From Gammaproteobacteria bacterium (GTDB lineage Bacteria > Pseudomonadota > Gammaproteobacteria > UBA4575): a stretch of DNA of 64,000 nucleotides. The DNA lies in the NCBI GenBank assembly GCA_965207475.1, contig OZ242278.1:1589935-1653934 (forward strand), in the 5' to 3' direction. Positions 41,011 through 49,951 of this stretch are shown here, piece by piece; the first letter of the stretch is position 1, and every line of letters begins with the position of its first letter. Position numbers and translations under genes: made by a program. The notes beneath the pieces are model-generated. The model saw nothing but the letters and a program-made list of their open reading frames with translations. It did not search any database and was not told where the DNA came from.

Positions 41011-43359
41011 TTGGAGAAAAGTACGGACAGGAAGGCATCACCTAACGCCGGTTCATCCCGCAGTATTCTGAAGAAAACCACCGAAGCTGACTGCGGTTTC
41101 ATCGAGAAACCCGTACTTGTCCCGCACCTGGAATTCAGGTTGCTGGGCGGGCGGCAAGCGCTGCTGGTTTCTGAAACTTTCAACACGCTGCTCCATGGGC
41201 AGCTGGTTTGCGATATTCTGCCGCTTCTTGATGGCCGCCGCACACGCCGGGACATCATGGCATCCCTGACCGGCAAGCATCTGGGGCCCGATATCCTGAC
41301 CGCGCTCACCTTCTTGACAACCAAGGGGTATATTGTCTCGGGGGAGTACAGAATGGAACAGGGGCAGGCGGCATACTGGTCTTCACAGGGTGTCACTCCT
41401 CGATATGCCGAGGAGCGGCTGAAGTCATTGCAGGTAGATGTAGCCGGCGATGAAGGCCGCCACCTTGCCCGGCGGCTTGAAGCCATGGGTGTGTACTTGG
41501 ACAGGAGCCATCCGGCCCTTTCCATTATCATTTGTGCCGATTTTCTTGATGAGCGGAATGCGGCCCTCAACCGGCGCCATGTCAGCTCTGGCGTACCCTG
41601 GTTGCTGGTCAGGCCAAAGGGCGTGATTCCACTGCTTGGCCCGGTTTTCCGGCCTGCGGAGCAGGGGCCTTGCTGGGCCTGCCTGGCCTACCGCCTGCAA
41701 GGCCAGCAGGAGGTCCATAACTTCCTGCGCAATCGTGCCGGCACTGAGGCCGCCTTTCAGCCCTTTGCGGCCGAACCCATGGTGCTGGAGACGGTGTACG
41801 GGCTGTTTGCGGCGGAGATTGCCAAGTGGCTGGTCTTCGGCGAGCTGGCGCCGATACATGAGCATGCAATCACGCTGGATGTCGCTGCACTGAAAACGGC
41901 GAGACATCCGGTGCGCAGGCGACCACAGTGCGTGGTGTGCGGCGAGGAAAGGCACTTCAGCCCTGATCGCCCGGCCAGTCCGGTGCACCTCAAGTCCAGT
42001 CCCAAAAACGTTCAAAACAGTGGTGGTGTGCGCTCGGTGTCTCCCGAAGAGACCCTGGCCAAGTACCGCCATCTCATCAGCCCAGTCAGCGGGGTGGTGA
42101 CCTGGATCGAACGTACCACGGACGTGTACGATCACTGGCTTCATGTCTATTGGGCCGGTAGCAATCTGGCCCTTCGTGTCAAAAACCTGAGCTCGCTGAG
42201 ACGCAGCCTGCGGAGCAAGAGTGCAGGCAAGGGAAGCACACCCGAACAGTCCGAGGCGAGTGCGCTTTGCGAGGCGGTTGAGCGCTATTCGGGCGCATTC
42301 CACGGGGATGAGATCCGTACTTGCAAACGGTTTTCAGAATTTTCTGACAAGGAACAGGAGTTTGACGCCATCCACCCGAACCAGGTCCAGTTGTTCAGTG
42401 ATCACCAGTTCGACCATGCGCGCGAGATCAATGCCAGGCAACATCCCTACAATTTTGTTCCTGGCCGGCTCGACCCGGAGGCTGCGATCGAATGGTCGCC
42501 GGTCTGGTCGCTCACGCGAGGTCGGCACTGTTACCTTCCGACCTCCATGCTCTACAGCATGACGCCGGAGCAGCGAGGCACTTCAGACTTGATTGCGGAT
42601 TCGAACGGCTGTGCGGCCGGCAATACGCTGGAGGAAGCTATCCTGCAGGGATTTTTCGAACTGGTGGAACGTGACGCGTTCGCCATCTGGTGGTACAACC
42701 GGCTGCGCTTTCCCGCGGTCGACCTGGAGAGTTTTGGCGACGCCTACCTTGCGGGTGCGCAGGACTACTACCGAAAGCTCCACCGCGAGATGTGGCTGCT
42801 GGATATCACGGGTGATTTTGGCATTCCGGCCTTTATTTCCATCTCGCGACGAACCGATTCACAACCCGAAGACATCCTGTACGGGGCCGGTGCGCACACC
42901 GATCCGCATATCGCGGCCTTGCGTGCAGTATGCGAAATGAACCAGTGCCTGACCTGGGTTCCCCGCCCGGAAACCGGCCATACCGGGTACGGAGTGGATG
43001 ACCCGATGTGCCTGTCATGGTGGAAGAACGCCACGCTTGAGGAATATCCCTACCTGGCCCCCGATCCTGGGGCCGCAACACGGGGCCGCCCGGATTATTT
43101 CGTGCCCGAAACTTCGGATGTGAAAGAGGATGTCGAGCGGTGCGGTGCACTGGTAAAAGCCAGGGGCCTGGAGATGCTTGTACTTGACCAGACCCGTCCC
43201 GATATCGGCATGCCGGTAGCCCGGGTGATCGTGCCGGGATTGCGTCACTTCTGGGAAAGGTACGCACCGGGGCGCCTGTACGACGTGCCGGTCAACATGG
43301 GCTGGCGGGAAAAACCGCTGGCTGAGGCCGACCTCAACCCCGTCCCGGTCATCGCCTGA
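41011..43359 (+). CDS. Fused E1-like (leader-binding/ThiF-like) + YcaO cyclodehydratase, PatD/TruD-like
   Basis: The 782-aa protein has an N-terminal E1-like domain with Cys pairs (CWAC, CVVCGE) and a C-terminal YcaO domain (ALCEAVERYSG; CAAGNTLEEAILQGFFELVERDAFAIWWYN). It appears to start at TTG. Confidence 0.85.
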   Translation: MEKSTDRKASPNAGSSRSILKKTTEADCGFIEKPVLVPHLEFRLLGGRQALLVSETFNTLLHGQLVCDILPLLDGRRTRRDIMASLTGKHLGPDILTALTFLTTKGYIVSGEYRMEQGQAAYWSSQGVTPRYAEERLKSLQVDVAGDEGRHLARRLEAMGVYLDRSHPALSIIICADFLDERNAALNRRHVSSGVPWLLVRPKGVIPLLGPVFRPAEQGPCWACLAYRLQGQQEVHNFLRNRAGTEAAFQPFAAEPMVLETVYGLFAAEIAKWLVFGELAPIHEHAITLDVAALKTARHPVRRRPQCVVCGEERHFSPDRPASPVHLKSSPKNVQNSGGVRSVSPEETLAKYRHLISPVSGVVTWIERTTDVYDHWLHVYWAGSNLALRVKNLSSLRRSLRSKSAGKGSTPEQSEASALCEAVERYSGAFHGDEIRTCKRFSEFSDKEQEFDAIHPNQVQLFSDHQFDHAREINARQHPYNFVPGRLDPEAAIEWSPVWSLTRGRHCYLPTSMLYSMTPEQRGTSDLIADSNGCAAGNTLEEAILQGFFELVERDAFAIWWYNRLRFPAVDLESFGDAYLAGAQDYYRKLHREMWLLDITGDFGIPAFISISRRTDSQPEDILYGAGAHTDPHIAALRAVCEMNQCLTWVPRPETGHTGYGVDDPMCLSWWKNATLEEYPYLAPDPGAATRGRPDYFVPETSDVKEDVERCGALVKARGLEMLVLDQTRPDIGMPVARVIVPGLRHFWERYAPGRLYDVPVNMGWREKPLAEADLNPVPVIA

Positions 43360-43498
43360 GGAGCCAGCCTGTTTAGGGAGCATCTCCATGCCGTGGAAAT
43401 GAGCCCCATCCTGTAGGGGGTGTTGCTCAGGTCTGCTGGGCCTTGAGCGTACAACCTGGGTCAGTGTGCATGGGCACTGCAGGACCTGTACAAATTCG

Positions 43499-43526
43499 TT
43501 GACATTCCGTCCCGGCGGACTATATT
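43499..43526 (+). promoter_or_regulatory. Near-consensus sigma70 promoter (TTGACA-N16-TATATT) upstream of the MMPL exporter gene
   Basis: The hexamers were read directly from the sequence and lie about 250 nt upstream of the ATG at 43774. Confidence 0.35.
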
Positions 43527-43773
43527 CTCCACCGCATTGACCTTCAGTCTGTGTTGCCGCGGATGGTAAATACCTTGATCAACCTTGGTTTGGACTCAGT
43601 GGATTCGGAGCACGTGGTCTAAGTTGGACTGCTCTCGGAGTAACAGGGTTGCAGGCTGCGAAATGGCATGTTTATTACTTGGCATGAGGCTTCCGTTGCA
43701 ATGAAGCTTGTTGCGCGACTTGCCGCCAAGGCCGTTCGCAGCTAGTCACGTCATTCCTGTGAGCAAGCGCGGC

Positions 43774-46104
43774 ATGAAAAAAGGGCAATTTGCCAGGCGA
43801 TTTGCCGAACAGGTGCTCACGGCCCGCTGGCTGGTCATCGTGGCCACGCTGTTACTGGTTGCGGGCGCATCAAGCGGCATCGCCCTGCTTGAATTCTCAG
43901 CCAACTACCGAATCTTCTTCGACGAAGACAATCCGCAGCTTCTGGCATTGGAAGCACTGGAGAATACTTACGGGAAGAACGAGAACATCGTGTTCCTGAT
44001 TGCCCCGGACGATGGTGACGCCACGTCACAAAACGCACTGTCGGCCGCCGTCTGGCTCACGGAAGCCGCCTGGTTGACGCCCTATTCAAGGCGAGTCGAC
44101 TCACTCGCCAATTTTCAGTACACGACTGCCGATGGCGACGATCTGTATGTGCGGGACCTTGTTGATCCGCAGGAACTGGCCCAGGCCGAGGTGCGGTCAC
44201 GAATTCGTGACGTTGCCCTGTCCGACCCGCGGATAGCAGGCACCATTCTAGCCCGGAATGCTGATGTCAGCGTTGTAAACGTCGCGGTCGAGCTGCCCGA
44301 GGAGGGCCTGCTGGAGGCTGTGGCCGAAGTCGCCGAATATGCCAGGTCGGTTGCCGCGGAGGCTGAAGAACGGTTTCCCGACATAGACCTTCGCATCGTC
44401 GGTACGGTCATGATCAACCAAACCTTCCTGGAAGCCTCGATCAACAGCCAGAAGGTTTTCCTGCCCGCAAGCCTGCTGCTCATGGCCTTGATCCTTGGTG
44501 TCCTCACACGGGGCTGGGCAGGGGTGGCGGCGACCGGAATTGTCATAGTCTTTTCCATTTTCACGTCAGTGGGCCTGGGTGTGTGGGTCGGCTTACCCTT
44601 TTCCCCGCCCGTCTCGCCAGCACCGACCATCGTGCTGATGATCGTCGTGGCAAACTGTGTGCACTTGCTGGTGGCTGTGCAGCAGCATTTGCGTGCGGGG
44701 GATTCCAAGCACGACGCCATCGTTGAAGCTGTCAGGCTCAACTTGCACCCGGTATTTCTGGCGAGTCTCACAACGGCGATTGGATTCTTGAGCATGAACT
44801 TTTCCGAAGTGCCGCCCTATCGTCATCTCGGAAACTTCGTCGCATTCGGAATCGTCGCCTCTTTCGTTCTCTCCGTCACCTTTCTTCCGGCCCTGCTTTC
44901 GCTTCTTCCTATCCGTGCGGCAAAGGACCGTCGGCTGCTCCGCGGACCCACAATGCACCGCTTGGCGGATGTTGTGTTGCGCCATAGAAAGCCGCTGTTT
45001 TGGGGATGGCTGGTGGTTGTGCTTGCAATGATTCTGTCCATTCCGCGAAACGAGCTCAATGATGTTCTGGTCCACTTTTTCGATGAGGGCGTTGAATTCC
45101 GGCAAGATGTGGACTTCATGGACGAGCACCTAAGCGGCAACACCCTGCTTGAGTACTCGCTGCACGCATCTGCTGAGGGAGGTGTCACCGATCCGCTTTT
45201 CCTCGCCGAGGTTTCGAGCTTCGCCGGCTGGTACCGTGACCAGCCCCCTGTACGCCACGTGTCGGTCATTACCGATACCTTTCAGCAACTTAACAAGAGC
45301 ATGCACGGAGACGACCCGGGTGCCTACCGAATACCGGAAAGCCAGGAACTGGCGGCACAATACCTGCTGCTTTACGAACTCTCGCTTCCGCAGGGTCTGG
45401 ACCTGAACAATCAGATTGACAGGTCCAGATCAGCCACGAGAGTGACGGTCTCGGCGGAAACACTTTCTTCGCAAGAAGTGCTTGAGCTGAATGCGCGTGC
45501 CGAGGCATGGCTAAAGGAAAATGCATCGCATGTTGCCGGCGTCAACAGCACCGGCCCCGCCGCGTTGTTCGCCTACATCGGGCATCGCAACATTCGGGCC
45601 ATGCTAGTCGGGACAATGGTTGTTCTCTTGGCAATTTCTGTCATTCTGCTCGTCGCGTTGCAATCACTGCGACTGGGCTTGATAAGCATCGTCCCCAATT
45701 TGATTCCTGCAGTGCTGGGCTTCGGTGTCTGGGGATTGATGGTCGGACAGGTTGGACTTTCGCTATCTGTCGTGGTGGCCATGACCGTCGGCATCGTCGT
45801 GGATGACACTGTGCATTTTCTCAGCAAGTACCAGCGGGCGCGAAATGAATACGGCCAGAGTCCCGAGGAAGCGGTACGCTACGCCTTTGACACGGCAGGC
45901 CGGGCCCTGTTTACAACGACGGTCGTGCTGGTGGCCGGTTTTTTGATTTTTATGTTTTCACCCTTCGTTCCCACCGCACAGGTTGGTGTCCTCACCGGGA
46001 TGATTATTGCCTTTGCATTCATCGCCGACCTGACACTCCTGCCTGCGTTGCTGACAGCGGTGGACCGGAATGCTGCAAAGCGGACCGCGCTTGCACCCGA
46101 CTGA
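43774..46104 (+). CDS. MMPL-family / RND-superfamily exporter (HpnN-like, two SSD-like 6-TM bundles)
   Basis: The 776-aa protein has an N-terminal TM (RWLVIVATLLLVAG) and two periplasmic domains with an overall MMPL layout. The ATG at 43774 is preferred over the TTG at 43708. Confidence 0.8.
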   Translation: MKKGQFARRFAEQVLTARWLVIVATLLLVAGASSGIALLEFSANYRIFFDEDNPQLLALEALENTYGKNENIVFLIAPDDGDATSQNALSAAVWLTEAAWLTPYSRRVDSLANFQYTTADGDDLYVRDLVDPQELAQAEVRSRIRDVALSDPRIAGTILARNADVSVVNVAVELPEEGLLEAVAEVAEYARSVAAEAEERFPDIDLRIVGTVMINQTFLEASINSQKVFLPASLLLMALILGVLTRGWAGVAATGIVIVFSIFTSVGLGVWVGLPFSPPVSPAPTIVLMIVVANCVHLLVAVQQHLRAGDSKHDAIVEAVRLNLHPVFLASLTTAIGFLSMNFSEVPPYRHLGNFVAFGIVASFVLSVTFLPALLSLLPIRAAKDRRLLRGPTMHRLADVVLRHRKPLFWGWLVVVLAMILSIPRNELNDVLVHFFDEGVEFRQDVDFMDEHLSGNTLLEYSLHASAEGGVTDPLFLAEVSSFAGWYRDQPPVRHVSVITDTFQQLNKSMHGDDPGAYRIPESQELAAQYLLLYELSLPQGLDLNNQIDRSRSATRVTVSAETLSSQEVLELNARAEAWLKENASHVAGVNSTGPAALFAYIGHRNIRAMLVGTMVVLLAISVILLVALQSLRLGLISIVPNLIPAVLGFGVWGLMVGQVGLSLSVVVAMTVGIVVDDTVHFLSKYQRARNEYGQSPEEAVRYAFDTAGRALFTTTVVLVAGFLIFMFSPFVPTAQVGVLTGMIIAFAFIADLTLLPALLTAVDRNAAKRTALAPD

Positions 46105-46354
46105 AGTCCATTCCGAACGCCTTCTTGAGGAGGAAGCACGTCCTCAGGCTCGTTTCCGGACCCATGCACTCCTGCGAACCATGGCGTGCGATCAAGGCTG
46201 TTGGCTTCATACACCTTCAGGCAGGAGCCCTAGGGAGGGAACTTGATCAGGAAAACGAGACTGAAAGCGGCTTGGCCCCCAAGCCTGCGCACTGAACCGG
46301 AAATTCACGGTCTTGACTGCTTGAAATAGCCATGTTAACGTCATATCACGAACG

Positions 46355-46371
46355 TGTTAATGTCATTAACA
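46355..46371 (+). promoter_or_regulatory. Perfect 8-1-8 inverted repeat TGTTAATG-T-CATTAACA between the putative promoter and the RBS of the precursor gene; candidate operator
   Basis: Read directly from the sequence. A half-site-like copy TGTTAACGTCAT lies 22 bp upstream, and TTGACT at 46313 is a possible -35. Confidence 0.4.
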
Positions 46372-46393
46372 ATCTGAATACAGGAGAATCATC

Positions 46394-46645
46394 ATGAGAA
46401 GCGGAGATGATATGCTGAAGCAGATTGTTGAGAAGTCTGCCTTGAATGCGGAGTTCAGGCAACAGCTTCTTGATGATCCAAAATCTACCATCAGTGGGGA
46501 GCTGGGTATTACAATTCCCGATTCGATGAATGTCGTGGTCCATGAGAGCGACATGCAGACGGTGCATCTTGCACTGCCACCGGACCCGAACATCACCGAG
46601 GAGCAGCTTGAGGCGATTTCAGCCGGCCTTTGCTGTTGCTGGTAG
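46394..46645 (+). CDS. NHLP (nitrile-hydratase-leader-peptide) family RiPP precursor; predicted core LCCCW after a GA/GG-type cleavage site (…EAISAG|LCCCW)
   Basis: The leader reads KQIVEKSALNAEFRQQLLDDPKSTISGELGITIPDSMNVVVHESDMQTVHLALPP, which is characteristic of NHLP leaders. An AGGAG SD lies 7 nt upstream, and the protein is 83 aa with a C-terminal Cys3-Trp. Confidence 0.8.
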   Translation: MRSGDDMLKQIVEKSALNAEFRQQLLDDPKSTISGELGITIPDSMNVVVHESDMQTVHLALPPDPNITEEQLEAISAGLCCCW

Positions 46646-46768
46646 CTCTGATAACCGGCGAGTAGCCGGCTAAGACGCGGAACCCCCTGCATTCGCGCCT
46701 GGTTTGCAGTGCCACGCTGTGCGCCATACGGGCATAGGGCGGTTCGGTGTGGCCGTTCAAGGCTGATA

Positions 46769-47827
46769 TCAGGTGGAAACCGCTCCGGAAAGTACCATGA
46801 ACACGTAGGCTTTCGCTTTTCGGAGTTGATTTTCAGATATGACCAGTTTGATGTGGTGAATGCCACGTAGCATGACAAAACGCCCGGACTTTGCAAAGAG
46901 CGTTGTCGGTTTCGAAACCCAGTCAGCAAGTGCCGTCAGTTTCTCCGAGTCTACAAGGTCCTCATGACCGAGGGCATCCAAAAACGGGTCCCAATCGGTC
47001 AGGCCATCGAGCCAATAACGTGAATCCTTTGTATATCTCTGCTTGACGATAAGCGTAAGGCCGAGCGTCGGACCAACACCTTCTTCCCGCACGTCAATAT
47101 TCACCCCGGTCCTGACGATGTTCACGCGTTTCTTGAAGCGTGCAATCACGGAATCGACCGCAGAGACCTGGCCCGGCCAACCCGTGTTTTCGAGATAGCC
47201 ACATATTTCCTGCTGCGATTTGAAACCCATGATTGCCAGGCGGATTGCACGTGAGCGAGACGGGAATATGCCGAACGAATCCATGCGCGTATCGCCTGGC
47301 TGCGCCAGGTAGGCTCGTTCGACATTCTCCCGCTTGGTGTCGTGCATCCCCCAGCCTACACTGGAAACTAGCGCTTCAACCACCAGACCGATATCGTTCA
47401 CCTGACCACGGGCTCCAATGATTGGCCGTTCCCCGGGCCGAAGGAACATTCCCGGAAGCGAACAGTTGCTTTCCTGCGCCGAGCCAATGTCATATTCCAG
47501 CATCAGCTTGCGGCCTACGATTTCACGCAGGGGCGAGTTTTCGGCATCCATTTGTGTACACAACCGCGCGATCGCTTTTGCAGTCTCATCTGTCCTGTCA
47601 GTCCGTGCGCGCTCCATGAAAAACCCTGCCGTCCTGGTTCCGCTTGCCAGGGAAACGCCGAAATCCGCTTCAGGCCTGTGCGTATGCAACGGCAGTTCAA
47701 AGCCGAACGGAAGGGCGCCCATGGTAATGGGATGTTTCCTGGCACATTCGAGTATGCGCTCCCATTCCGGGACTCCGATAAGAATCGGAGAAATCCTGTT
47801 TCGAAAGTGCTCAAGCAATTCACCCAT
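46769..47827 (-). CDS. Hypothetical protein (352 aa) in RiPP cluster, unknown fold
   Basis: The ORF has coding-like composition and a GAGGG SD but no motif I recognise. It is the last gene of the minus-strand block. Confidence 0.5.
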   Translation of the reverse strand: MGELLEHFRNRISPILIGVPEWERILECARKHPITMGALPFGFELPLHTHRPEADFGVSLASGTRTAGFFMERARTDRTDETAKAIARLCTQMDAENSPLREIVGRKLMLEYDIGSAQESNCSLPGMFLRPGERPIIGARGQVNDIGLVVEALVSSVGWGMHDTKRENVERAYLAQPGDTRMDSFGIFPSRSRAIRLAIMGFKSQQEICGYLENTGWPGQVSAVDSVIARFKKRVNIVRTGVNIDVREEGVGPTLGLTLIVKQRYTKDSRYWLDGLTDWDPFLDALGHEDLVDSEKLTALADWVSKPTTLFAKSGRFVMLRGIHHIKLVISENQLRKAKAYVFMVLSGAVST

Positions 47828-48292
47828 GGTACCGCCCTCTTCGGCAAGACGGTTCTGGGTAAGTGTGACTGCCTCGTCAATATCTATAATTGTCTCCTCA
47901 TGCTATACAAATCATTTCGTACAGAAGCCCAGGCGCGAGGCCTGGCCAGAAGTCACACATGCCCGGCGCGCCGGTCCTGGGCATGCCGGCGTCTGACGGG
48001 TTTGATTGCATGCCCTGGTGCCCTGTCAACCGGCCTCAAGAGGCATAGAAAGGGAAGTATCGGCAGCCAAGCACCCGACGCCATAAAGCGAGGCGACAAG
48101 AATTAACGAGAAACTACCCAATGGAAAATGTGCGAAAGGGCATTAAGATTCATCGGCTTCATGGGCTGCGTGATGCCTGCCCTGTTCAGGCCTGGGCCAT
48201 ATCCTGCGGTTGTATCTCGCAGCATGGCGGCTCCCTGATAGACCCTTGCATCAAGTTTCATGTTACCAGCGAGGCACCTTACCTGAAATCCT

Positions 48293-49594
48293 TCAGGCCC
48301 TCAAGATTTCTACGAGACGCTCCAGGGCCTCGATACAAAAAGCAGAGGTAACGGATTCAGAGCCATGTCCTATCTGCCCTACAGCGCCCCACTTCAGCGA
48401 CTGGTCACCAAACGCGAGAAGCTCCGGCCAACTGCCGTCCTCATGTTGCGAGCTTATGAGCCTTTCCACCTGACGTTTCGCATCGGTGCTTTCAAGGTTG
48501 CCAGTATTGTAGAGCGCTGACACGGCCTGGGCGGTCTGGAGGATGTTGCCGAATTCTCCCTGCTCATCACGCAAGCCCAGGATACGGTCCGCAAGTAGCG
48601 GGCGCAGTTGATCAAGGGCAGGTTGCACACGAATCATGGCACGGGTGATTGCATAGCAGATTGTGACAGTGTCGGGATACCATTTGGACGAGCCCTCGAG
48701 GCTCCCGTCGGCAATCAGGGATTTCAGCCATCGTTGGGCAGCCTTGGTTTCGGGGTTGTCACCGAGGTAAGCGATGACGTTTGCATTGACTACGGGGTCC
48801 GCTTCGATACGAAATCTCGACACGACATTGGGCTCGTCTTCCTCCAGTACCCAGGTCATGAAACGACCCTCCTCGTCACGGTTCGCCAAGATTCGCGGAA
48901 CATTCCTTCCCAGCAAGATCCAGGGATGAGTCCCGATGACAAGGGAGCAGGTGGTGGTACTGTCAAGATCCTGGGGCAGATGCCGGTAGTAGCGCCACAA
49001 TCCGGGGTATTCAATGGTGTCGGCAAGATACGCCTTGGTGGCGGTGCATAGGGCCCTGGCCTTCGCTTCATCGCAGCATTCCAGGGCCAGTACGCAAAGA
49101 GCCGAGATAAAAGGAGGTCTTTCGAAATGCCGTGGGATGTCCGGGTCGGCTATGTTGAACCGGATGCAGTGCCAGGCACCATTTTCGTCAATTGTGGATT
49201 CCAGGAAATCGAGGCCGCGGCGGATACTTTTCCTGCCCGCTTTTACAAGCTCCTTGGTGGTGGCTGCGTGCTGTCGGGCGTACTCACTTTCAGGGGCAGG
49301 GGAACGAAAAGCCGGTGCGGGGTCATGAAGTGTCTTGCGAAGATACTCAAGTGAAGCAACGCCTGTTTTAGCCGCCTCCCGTTCGGCCTCACTGAGTTTG
49401 CTACACGGCGGCAGCACCAAGTGAGTCGAGGTATAGGTTTCTTCGTGCACGTGAATTTCATGATCCTCGGCCAGCGTCACGCCGAGTTCCTTTTCGATTG
49501 TTTCTTTGGGCTTCCCGAGCAGGCGTTCGCGAAAGTCACTGTCCTCGCCCGCTCTCGACACGAGAAACTCTGCTGCGTTATTCGGCTTTTTCAT
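48293..49594 (-). CDS. NHLP-leader-like N-terminal domain fused to an alpha/alpha-toroid repeat domain (prenyltransferase/terpene-cyclase-like NGAW/DGSW repeats)
   Basis: The first ~65 aa (FRERLLGKPKETIEKELGVTLAEDHEIHVHEETYTSTHLVLPP) are paralogous to the precursor's leader. The remaining ~360 aa contain ENGAW and EDGSW repeat motifs. Confidence 0.6.
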   Translation of the reverse strand: MKKPNNAAEFLVSRAGEDSDFRERLLGKPKETIEKELGVTLAEDHEIHVHEETYTSTHLVLPPCSKLSEAEREAAKTGVASLEYLRKTLHDPAPAFRSPAPESEYARQHAATTKELVKAGRKSIRRGLDFLESTIDENGAWHCIRFNIADPDIPRHFERPPFISALCVLALECCDEAKARALCTATKAYLADTIEYPGLWRYYRHLPQDLDSTTTCSLVIGTHPWILLGRNVPRILANRDEEGRFMTWVLEEDEPNVVSRFRIEADPVVNANVIAYLGDNPETKAAQRWLKSLIADGSLEGSSKWYPDTVTICYAITRAMIRVQPALDQLRPLLADRILGLRDEQGEFGNILQTAQAVSALYNTGNLESTDAKRQVERLISSQHEDGSWPELLAFGDQSLKWGAVGQIGHGSESVTSAFCIEALERLVEILRA

Positions 49595-49951
49595 CGATGT
49601 TTTCCATTTTCGTGGGTCATGGTCGAACGTGAATGCTCAGCGGTTAACATACATGACGATTGGCGTGATTTCAGCAGGAGTGCTGTATTCGGGCATTCCT
49701 GTGTTTTCTGAAGTTGCCTGGCCGGGATACCGTAAGGCATTAAACCCATTCCGGATCTCGCCCGCTGCCTGAAAACAGATGAGTGACTGGCAGAGTCGCC
49801 CATGGCCTTGGAGGCGGTGTCGAAGAAACCTGTTACCATGATGCGGTCAAAACGGGTTTGTAGGCAACGACTGCTGAGGATGAAGTCGAACGGGGAATAC
49901 CTCGTGGATGATCCTGCAACGCTCGTCCGCCAGCCGGTCTGCCTGCCCGGA

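Noticed and set aside
43360-43773. Additional RiPP precursor between the YcaO gene and the MMPL gene
   Set aside because: Only ORFs of 10-14 codons without Cys-rich tails occur here (MGTAGPVQIR, MACLLLGMRLPLQ, MKLVARLAAKAVRS). The region is better explained as the promoter and 5'UTR of the MMPL gene.
48121-48351. 76-aa ORF in the gap between the leader-toroid fusion gene and the 352-aa gene
   Set aside because: It is on the strand opposite to the surrounding operon, has no RBS and is not precursor-like (no NHLP leader, no Cys/Ser/Thr-rich tail).
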